In this document: piece after piece, positions 24,481 to 34,777 of the stretch
Layout: every line of letters starts with the position of its first letter
Position numbering within the stretch: position 1 is the first letter of the stretch
Assembly: GCA_044892525.1 (NCBI GenBank)
Contig: CM097887.1
Span: forward strand, 80,206,397-80,270,396
From: Schmidtea polychroa
Taxonomy: Eukaryota
Reading direction: 5' to 3'
Length of the DNA stretch: 64,000 bases
Made by a program: the position numbers and the translations under genes
Notes under the pieces: model-generated
The model's input: the letters and a program-made list of their open reading frames with translations, nothing else
What the model was told of the DNA's origin: nothing
The model's database searches: none

Positions 24481-27327
24481 CATATTCCAGTGGGGTTATA
24501 ACCACGAACTGGTGGTTTGACGACTTTGTGACATTGGCAAGAAAGATTACCTTTTCTTTAAGTTTAATATACCGCTATATGCAATTACATACTGATGGTC
24601 AGGACACACTCTCTATGAAGATAACGAGAAAAGGGTGTTGAGGATAATGATAATAATCCTGGAGGTGATAGTACTATTAAGGCAAAATAGAATTCTTAAG
24701 GATTTCAATACCCGTAAGGTAAGTATAAAGACTTGTAATTAATACATCATTGAACGTGATTATCTTTAAAATCGAACATAATTATGAATAATATCAATAA
24801 AATCTAATAACAATAGTTAATATTGAGCATATTGAATAATAGTTTGTGCAATTAGCCGACTACTTGATAACTTTTGTGATAAATTGAGTCTGGGATCTTT
24901 CCCGTTTAGCTGTTCTTAATGATGTATTTCCTATAGAATATTTGAGTGTGTATTTTAGATGTGTCGTTTACCGGAAGGTCGAATTAATTAAAATTTTCCT
25001 ACTTTCCCGATTCAACTGAATACGGTACGATAGGCCTTATTGTAATATGTTTCCCGCGATTACTTGCCCGCATTTTATTTCGTCCGCATAGTCCCTGCGA
25101 CTATGCCAACTACCTGGATGGATTTACCGCCCTACTCCTGGTTAGAAACCATTTGTTCGTGGCGACCTTCCGGTTAAAAAATTGAAATTTGGTGCATGTG
25201 AGGTCGTAGACCCGTATAGTGCATGTGAAATAATTAGTGGGAGCAAGGCTGATCAGCGTCGTGGATGCCATCCGTTTACGACGACGCTGGTCACTCTTGT
25301 TCAGTAAAAAAAAAATCAACAAGATAAAAATATAATGAACATAATAATAATGCAATACAAATAAAAATGAAATTAATCAACAGTCCTTACTTTCAGTGTG
25401 GTCCAAAATTTCGGAAAAAAAATTTTTGGCATACAAGAATATCTGAATTGTGACGAAAATGCGTCGGTATATATACCTATTTTGTACACGTGTATGTATT
25501 GATGCATTAAAACAAACTCGAATTCTTTTTATTCCAGAACTTTCTATTTTGTAATTTTGATATTTTTAATGGCTTTGCGTCATAATTTTTATTTTTATTT
25601 TTAAAATTTTATTTCCTAAATATTTTTTGCTACTTTTTCCTCCATGATGGATTTGGAACGGTTCCAGAACATTCCATATTACTTTTAATTCAATTTTATT
25701 TTTAACTGATATTCTACGAATTTCTTTTTAAGAAATTTTATTTTTAATACTAATTTATTTATTTTCTACATTTTATTGTTTAAGGTAGCTTTTATGATGG
25801 TCATCGCCATTTTTATGGAATGTTCTGGGTTTTTCGGGATTTTTTTGCTATTTTTACCGTCTTTTAAGTTATTCGAGTTTGTTTTTTGTAACTCTGTGTT
25901 TATTTGGCTATTTTGAGTTAGATTTTGCATATCTTCTTGTTTTTGTATAATTTTATTTAATTTCTGTGTTTTAGGTTTTGTTGTTTTTTTTTTTTTTTTT
26001 TTTTTCCTTTAATTACTATTGGTTATTTGGTGTAGTTTTTAATATTTAACTATACTTTTTGCTTTCTACATGTTGTGTACCTACGCATTTCAGTCACAAT
26101 TAGAAGTTTGGGTCTAGAAATCAGTTCTAGCCCAACATGACCAAGAAATTAATTGAAAATATTGACCAAAAAGAAATATAAACTCACCTGTTTCTTATTG
26201 CAAATTAGCCATTCGCCTCAAATATTTCAGCTTGTCCGGTTCTTCTTGATACCCTTGCACAATAGTAGCTACTTGTTCTGGTTACCCCATTCTAGCTTTT
26301 TTTCAAAACAAATTTATTATTTGTATTATTAATTGTTTTTTTATAATTAATAATTAATACAATTAATAAATTTTTTTAAAAATCCTTAATTTATATAGTT
26401 ATTGTATATAGTTATCATATAGTTAATTTATATAGTTATCAGCTGAGAATTGAATATTTCAATGATTTGTTAAGATAATTTTAAATGATAAATAATGGAC
26501 TATTAAAATTAATTTTAAAATAATTTTTAAATTAAAAAGAGATTTTGTTAAAGATAAATTTTAAATAAATAGGTTTTTTAAAAGAAGTTTTATTAGTAAA
26601 TAATTTTTAAATAAATACATTTTAAATATCGAAAATTTTAATAAATTGTTTTGAAAATATTTTGTTCAATGCTGAAAATTTGCTTGAAAATTATACAATA
26701 TTTCATTAAAAATAAATACTTGGAATTGTGAAGTTGTCTTTTGAACCTGGTTTAAAAAATAACTTAGAAGATGTTCTAGCAGCTTCTGCAAGTTATTATA
26801 TCCCACCTGATGATGACAGGAAAACTGTCGAAATATATAGTGAAAAGAATGTTTGATTGGCGCTTTCTTATATTTAGATAAATTATGCAAATTATAAAAT
26901 GAAAAGGAAAATTAAAAATAAAAAAACTAATATCAAAAGTCGACAAAATAGTTATAGAATATTTTTCTGTATAAAAAATTCATGTAAACTAAAGAATAGT
27001 CCTATTTACAAACGTTCTATCAAAACGGGTTGTGATGGTAAGCCAACAGCGGTTAGAAATGCACTTGCTTATCTTAAATTCTTTTCACCCCAATTTCCTT
27101 TCTTCATATATGATTGACTCCTTCAAAACTTATAACCGATAAATTTGGATATAGAGAATCATTTGAAACTGTATTATCCTCCTAATAAATTCATTAAAAT
27201 GATAGCCATAAGATGAAAAGATAAGCAATTGAATAGTTTGGAGAATTATAATTGACAGGAGTTCAATTTATATAATGCCTCTCATGTCCAATCTATAAAT
27301 AAGACAGGCATTAATCAAAAACTTTAA

Positions 27328-28023
27328 ATGCTTTGTATGTTTTTCCTAGCTCTAATAGCAGACAATTTAGTCTGCCAAGATATTTATTCAAGAATAATGT
27401 TTCCAAGTTGCTTATTAAGAGAAATGATGAAAACGGTCAAGACCAACAATAATATTAATAATCTCAAATGTGGTACTTTGTGTTCTGAAGAAGGTAAGCT
27501 ATGTTCCGGATATTCATTGAGTTCATTAGGCTGCGTCACCTATATAAATCAGGCCACACTAGTTTCATTCAAAAACTGTACAGGCCAAAATGTTATATTT
27601 TATAAGAAAAGATTCAGCAATGATCTTGATGATTACTTGAGTGTAAAAAATATATATATTTATTGCAAATCAGCATATTCTTACTCAGCTGCTGATTCAT
27701 ATTGCAAAAGTTCAAATGAAACACTTGCTGAATTAACTAGTCCTAATATCTATTTCCATTCTCCAAATTGGGCTATTGAATTCGGCGGTTCAATTTGGCT
27801 TGGAGCCTCTTGTACTTCTGGACGAACAGATTTGAAATCATGTTATACTTGGAACATATCACAACGACCTTTCAATGCATCAATGTGGGAAACTAATCAG
27901 CCAGCTAACATTGCAGGTCCAGCATATGTTATGGTCACTAGAAATGGATACAAAGTTGGCCTTATTTCTGATACTGTTCGTTGTTATGCATGTGAAGTAA
28001 TTTTAACCGCACCTTATTTTTAG
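27328..28023 (+). CDS. Secreted protein with PAN/Apple-like and C-type lectin-like domains, intronless, 231 aa
   Basis: Hydrophobic N-terminus; KCGTLCSEEGKLCSGYS...GC (PAN-like); SYSAADSYC...LAEL, IWLGA, WETNQP and terminal CYACE (CTLD pattern). Confidence 0.75.
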   Translation: MLCMFFLALIADNLVCQDIYSRIMFPSCLLREMMKTVKTNNNINNLKCGTLCSEEGKLCSGYSLSSLGCVTYINQATLVSFKNCTGQNVIFYKKRFSNDLDDYLSVKNIYIYCKSAYSYSAADSYCKSSNETLAELTSPNIYFHSPNWAIEFGGSIWLGASCTSGRTDLKSCYTWNISQRPFNASMWETNQPANIAGPAYVMVTRNGYKVGLISDTVRCYACEVILTAPYF

Positions 28024-28261
28024 GTGTTATTTAATGTAACGGATTCCTAATCACCGTCATGCGTTTCTACTTTCGTATATTTGACACTATTTTCCCAATA
28101 CATTTAAAGTTATATTTGCACTTAGTATATCATATTACTGTTTTTTATGTGTGTTCCCTATAGATTGCACGTATAAGAGTTTTATAATAGATGATTTTGT
28201 CTTTTCTAAAAATTGTTTAAAATAAAAATATGTTTAAATTATTGTAAATCAATTATCTAAT

Positions 28262-28870
28262 ACAGTGGTGTCAAACGTTTGGGTCAAATCAAAACTTTCC
28301 AAACATTTGGCGGGCCTAAGATCAAAATTGTTTTATATTCTAGACTAGAATGAGATTAAATTTTACTTACTACTAAACTCCACCAATGCTTATTTGTAAA
28401 CTTAGAATTAAAAATTGTATTTTCTCATAAAAATAAACTCGGTTAAACTATATGCACTTGGTCAATTCAAATGTATGAGCAACTCCTGTAATAATTAATA
28501 AGAAAATTACAATATCAAATTTAATTTAGTTTAAAAACAATTTTAAAATTATATATTTTTATTGACAAGACTGTAATTGCAAATTCAAATAGAATATACA
28601 CATTTTGAAAACGTCTTATAGGACCTAATCGTACTAACACAAGCCCCCAGAACTTTGAGGCCAGCAAAAATAATTGTTTCATATCAGAAGTAGTGGTAGA
28701 AGCTTGCCATTGTTTATTTTTTAACTAATTTAGAAATTTCCGGTTTTAAATTAACGCCAGAGCAACTCTTAGATTTGCATGTAAATTTGCTTCTGTTAGA
28801 GATGATCTTAACTTTATCTTCACTAATGGCATTTTTGAGAATGTTTATTTGCAAGACTAATGCAGAAGAA
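28262..28870 (-). pseudogene. hAT (SPIN/Charlie-like) 3' end with transposase dimerisation-domain remnant
   Basis: TIR CAGTGGTGTCAAAC at 28262. The minus strand at about 28690-28860 reads approximately C.*TFSKM...K.RSSLTEANLHANLRVA...PEISKLV. Confidence 0.55.
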
Positions 28871-28964
28871 AACCATCTAAAAACTTAATTTATAAAAGAC
28901 ATATTCAATTTAAAGTTAAATATTTTTTGGATATTCAGAAATTGATTCTAAATATTGATCAAAA

Positions 28965-29337
28965 CAGGCCCGGCTCGTGGTTTTTTTTGTGTGTGTGCGA
29001 AAAATGTTTGGCGCCTTTGATTTTTTTTTCAATAAGGTACCTACTTAAAAGGTATATTATAAGCAAATACCGGTCACTATTTTCTGTGGTCTTATGTTAT
29101 TATCGTTTAAAAGTAAAGTGACGTCATTGTCAATTTTTTTATGTTTGATAATTTATAATTGTCAATTTATTTTAAAATTCGGTTATAGTCTATAAACTAT
29201 AATATTTTGATTATAATTATTTATAAGGCAAATTAAATACATTTATGACAAAAAATTAAACAACAAGAGTTTTGATTAAATTTCATATCATCTTGTAGGC
29301 GCCTTTTAATTTTCGAACACGCTTCGAGCCGGGCCTG
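28965..29337. mobile_element. hAT MITE
   Basis: Perfect TIRs CAGGCCCGGCTCG / CGAGCCGGGCCTG and an exact TSD GATCAAAA at 28957-28964 and 29338-29345. Confidence 0.9.
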
Positions 29338-29828
29338 GATCAAAATCACAACAAGTAGAAAAGTACTGCAATCACATAAAAATAATTTTCCAGAAATTTT
29401 TTGTGAATAAAATATTAAGAATTGCTTTAAAAATCTGTAAAACTTTAATAAATTAATAAATAAAACTTTTGAAAATTATCATAAATAACCTGAAATTCAT
29501 AAAAAAATACGAAAGTTTAATTTCATAAAAACATTATCAACATTAAAAAATTCAAATGTATACACCACATCTATAGTGGTGGTTGGCGTGTACAGCAATT
29601 GCTCACTCACCAATTTAATGAATTCCATTTATATGTATGAATTGTTCATCATGAAATTTATTTTAGCCAAGATGTTTAATTTTAAGTAAATTTTAAGGCT
29701 TGAAGTTTGATACATATAGATATGAGATCATTATTCAAGTTTTTAAATATTACTTTTAGTCAACAGTATAATTATAAATTATTTTTTATTAATTTTCAGT
29801 GTTTTGTTGGGTTGGTGATAAATTTAAA

Positions 29829-30819
29829 TGTTACTCTGACTCCAAACGTGTATTCATACGATTTAATAATAACAATTGACAACAGAAATCTTTATTGATA
29901 ATCACAAATAAACTTTCACTTTACACTGAGAATCAATTTAACACTCTGCTTGGTGACTATACTATGCTTATTACAACACTCAGTGAGGAAATCCACTTGC
30001 GTATAACACCGGATTAAAAGATCACAAATTACTGATTGATTTATCAACTAGGACTTTGAGCTGGTTGTTTTCTTTGACCTTCTTCACAAATATATTCAAA
30101 TACTCAAGTAACTTCTTTTCGTTTACTTTTCAACCAATTCTCTTCTTCAAATCTTCTCCAATAAATATTCACAATTATTTTCTTTACAATTCTATTTCAC
30201 AAATCGTTTCTCCAATAACGTTTCGTTCGACGTTGTCTAATTTTTCTTTAATAATTTTATCTCTCAAATTATCTCTCAAATTGTCTCTCAAATTGTCTCA
30301 CAAATTTTCTCTCAAATCGCCTCAATTTGGCGTCACTTTTTGTCTCATTTTTTTAAATTTTGTCTCTGCTAGTTTCTCTTTATATAGTTTGCTTATATTG
30401 TGGCATTCAAGATAATCAAGTGTTTTTCCAATTTCCTTCTCCTCCTTTCCCCGACTGTTCCATTTTTATCTCTGGCTGCTGTCAAGTTATTTCCCCCTTT
30501 TCCTTTTTTGTTTAACCGCCTTCTTCCAGTAATTCTGTTATCACTGGCAAGCTGTCGAGATAAGGTTATTGCGTTTTCCTTTTTTCCCGATTTCGAAATT
30601 CCTTTTCCTTTTTATACTAATTAAATAGTACTGACCTTGGTTTTTCTTTTCTTGTTTAATTTCTTTTGTTTCCTTCCTCTTTCTCATTTCTCATTTCTTT
30701 TTACTTACGTTTTCTTTTCTGAGTTCCCATCGATCATCCCGTTTATCATGACGATTACCCCCCCCCCCCAGGTAATTTTATTTATTTATTTATAAATTGT
30801 TATTTAGGTATCCTAAACA
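29829..30819 (-). mobile_element. Probable solo LTR; related fragment at about 46080-46437
   Basis: TG...CA termini. The terminal about 150 bp (GATCATCCCGTTTATCATGACGATTAC...GTATCCTAAACA) match 46360-46437. No TSD was found. Confidence 0.55.
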
Positions 30820-31269
30820 GTTTTATAGGAATCTATGACATTTATTTTTAAGTATTTTGGAATTATTTCGGTATAATGTGAGTCAGATTTATTTTTAATT
30901 ATAATTAAATAAATAAATCAATCACCAAAAATATGTATTTTTCTAAAAAATTTGGGAAAAATCGCCGAGAATGAATAAAATAATTTTTTTAATCTTCTTT
31001 TCTGAGCTCAGCATGAAGGGCTTCTTTCAGGAAATTAAATCTGGATTGAAAAACATTGAACCAAATTCACCTGCAATTGATATTTTCATTAAAAAAATAT
31101 TTTTAAAAATTTGTTGCCAACTATTTTTTTCTCAAAATTGTCTAAAATAAAGTTATTATTTAAATATATCTCAGCGGTACATTTTTATGAATCGAAAGTT
31201 TGCATGTGCTTTTTAGTATGTGTTGTGTTTGCGTGCAATATTTAATTTTTCTATCACTTTAGATTTCTA

Positions 31270-33077
31270 TAGTGTAAAATGTATTTCATTACACTATAAA
31301 TGAGAAAGAACCTACACCTTCTCCTTTTCCTGATAATACCAAACTCTTAAATCAAACGAACCACTGTCAACTCTATAACCTAGGTAAAACGTTTTTTATA
31401 GATATTCATAAAATTCTAAAGAACAATCCTAAACTTACTAACCTTTATATCATCAAAGACTTTTTTCTAATCTTAAGACTTAAAGAAAGATCCCTTAGAA
31501 ATTCCTTACTTGTTCCTCGTACGAATAGGTACCACCCTAATAAATATGCCAATAGTAATCTCCACACTATCGCCTATAAACCAACACCACCGACTTATGA
31601 TCCAAAAACACCTTTAACTGTTCTAGATACTTCCGATCATCAAAAAAATAAATTTGGTGAACCTGATCAACTTAACGAAGACTATCCAACTTCCATATCG
31701 AATATCAACGACTTCGAAAATACTACGAATCCGAGCAATGGAATGAAAGCCAATTTAAATGAACTTATGAACTCTATCATTTCAACCTATCCAGACCTCT
31801 CCGAACCCCTAGCTACTGAACATCTGAATCAAATATCCAGACTTATTCACCAAAATTCCCATACAGAAGAAATTGATCAACTTAACGAGGACCATCCAAC
31901 TGCCATATCAAAGACCAACGACGTTGAAATTACTATTAATCCGAGCAATGGAATAAAAGCCAATTTAAATGAACTTATGAACTCTATCATTTCAACCTAT
32001 CCAGACCTCTCCGAACCCCTAGCTACTGAACATCTGAATCAAATATCCAGACTTATTCACCAAAATTCCCATACAGAAGAAATTGATCAACTTAACGAGG
32101 ACCATCCAACTGCCATATCAAAGACCAACGACGTTGAAATTACTATTAATCCGAGCAATGGAATAAAAGCCAATTTAAATGAACTTATGAACTCTATCAT
32201 CTCAACCTATCCAGACCTCTCCGAACCCCTAGCTACTGAACATCGAAATCAAATATCCAGACTTATTCACCAACAGACCCAATCATAAGAAACTGATCAA
32301 CTTAACGAGGACTATCCAACTGCCATATCAAAGACCAACGACGTTGAAATTACTATTAATCCGAGCAATGGAATAAAAGCCAATTTAAAATAACTTATGA
32401 ACTCTATCAGCTCAACCTATCCAGACCTCTCAGAACCCCTAACTACTGAACATCTGAATCAGATATCCAGACTTATTAATTCAACTACCAAAAATTACAA
32501 CGAAAATAATTCAAAATTGCCAAAATCATTATGTGGGCCGATTTTTAACTCCAACACCGACTTCGACAACAATGACAATTCGATCAACACTGCCTCTCCA
32601 GAAATCCTTACTCCTGATGACATGATAGCCGAAATGAATATGATTGTTGATTCAGTTATCAACTCAAATTCTGACTCCAAAAACACTGCGAGCCCGCTTA
32701 TACAAATCAATAAAATTATCAACTTGATAACCTCAGCTCAAAACATATCTGGACCTCTAACTCCTGAACATATGAATCAAATTAAAATGATTATGTCTAC
32801 TTTCCATAATCACAAAGACAATAATTCGTCACAACCAAACCTACAATTGACTACCAAACTTATTTCATCTATCAACACCTCAAATTCTGACTTATCCGAA
32901 AATCTAACTCCCGATGACATGGATCAATTGACTATGATTATTAATTCAGCGGTCATTGCCAATTCCGATCCCATAAATTTGCCTCTAACTGAACTGGAAA
33001 AACCAAAGAAAAATGGTAAAAAGAAGAAAAAAGGCGACATTAGGCCTTCTTACACAACTGTCAATGGGTACTTGTAG
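31270..33077 (+). pseudogene. Reading frame of about 600 codons with 201-bp (67-aa) tandem repeats and two in-frame stops
   Basis: One frame runs from about 31270 to 33077 with stops only at 32286-32288 and about 32391. About four near-identical 201-bp units span about 31660-32480. It ends in KPKKNGKKKKK. Confidence 0.6.
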
Positions 33078-33304
33078 GGATCCTTGTATGGATCCTGCCC
33101 ATTGATAGTTAATTCTTTTTATCTAGTGTCTTACTATCTATATTATATCTTTCTCTTACTATTGACACTCTATATACTATATTATATTATTATTATATAT
33201 TATCCAACGCTACAAATATTGCCAATGGAGTCTTTCTACTTCGAAAAAACTAACCATTTCTTTAGAAACCTCATTAACACTGAGGCTGGAAATGTCCAAA
33301 CTAT

Positions 33305-33690
33305 GCTAAAAAAACTTCGAAATCCATCCTGACCTGATTGGAACATCTCCTCAGAATTCAATTAGATCCGGCTGAAACCCAAACTCATCAGACAGAGGAT
33401 GGACTTGCTCTGCCTCTTCTAATCAACCAACCTTCAAAATGATTGAATACCTGAACTATGAAAAAACTTCGAAACCCGTCCTAACTTGATTGGAAAACCT
33501 CTTCAGAATTCAATTGGATCCGGCGGAATCAAATAACCTTCAAAATGATTGATTACCAGAAAAAACTTCGAAATCCGTCTTGACCTGATTGGAACACCTC
33601 TTCAGAATTCAATTGGATCCGGTGGAAATCCAAACTCATCAGACAGAGGTTGGACTTGCTCTGCCTCTCCTAATCAACTAACTTTACAAT
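33305..33690 (+). repeat. Three degenerate copies of an approximately 100-150 bp unit
   Basis: AAAAAACTTCGAAA...TGATTGGAA...CAGAATTCAATT.GATCCGG at about 33310, 33462 and 33562. Confidence 0.75.
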
Positions 33691-34777
33691 GAATGAATGC
33701 CAGGTGCATCTATATGGGCCATGGCTGATCATGTTTATGATTAGCCTTGATTATCCCCTACTCCGCCCAATGATGCTTACCTGGAAAATAAACGAGAATG
33801 ATCAATTGTCAGGAGCTTCAGAAAGGATCCCCACAACAAACCTGACTGAAGTTTTCAGGAAAAACCTCGTTTTGATACCGGAGTTTATAACTCTGGTATC
33901 CATTGATTATTGGAATAAAAGCTGCAGATTTCATAAGGGTGAGAATCGATCTCCTCTTCTTGGCCATGTGGCCCGTGAATTGCATAAAATAAAATTTGAT
34001 TTTTTTTTAAAGTAAGTATGTATGTTTCTATAATGTAAGATTATTGATCCTTTTCTTATAATATAGGAAATGTATCTCAGTTGTGTTTTGTGTATTTAAT
34101 GAAAAACATAAATTTTAACTTACAATCGGCTCATAATATTTGTCTGTATTGCACATAATTTATGCACTTTTTGAAAACAATGTAATACTCAACGCACAGA
34201 AATTAGATGAGCAAAATACAGCATCACATAATTTACACACTTTATTAAAATTATAACTTTGCAAGCTTTCTTTAAAGTAAATTCAACAACAATAGCTTGC
34301 TACTTTGTGTTTATGGATAACCCAGAAAATCTCTTGGATCATTGATAAGCAATTCCTTCTTTTACCACGTTGTATTTAAAAAAGCTTCTGATGCCACCAA
34401 CAACCTGAGAAAGAAAGTGGTAATAATGTAAAAAATCACTATAAATGATCTAAATGATGCTATTATTCTAAATAATTAAAAATTGTATGCCTGTACCGAT
34501 CATTAAAAATAGTTTTCGTTATCTGAACATGAATTATTCAATATTTGTTTCACGTACATGAATGCCTAATAATACGTGATCAGTTAATGTTTTCATCGAA
34601 CAGTGAGTAAATAACACCTTTGAACGTATGTTTGTTGGAAATTTGTATGCTTTGATTCAAAATCCATTAGAAGTCATTTGGACTGGATCGAATCTCTGCA
34701 TCAGATACTAAGATGGCATCATTTGACATGAAACTATTGAGCAAATTGTTGATATTATTTTCTTGATTCATTTACTG

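Noticed and set aside
25086-25118. Hairpin plus CTGG as a Helitron 3' end
   Set aside because: It is not followed by T, and no 5' TC end or Rep/helicase remnant was found.
33370-33400. CTGATGA on the minus strand as a hammerhead ribozyme core
   Set aside because: No downstream GAAA and no stem II/III geometry are present.
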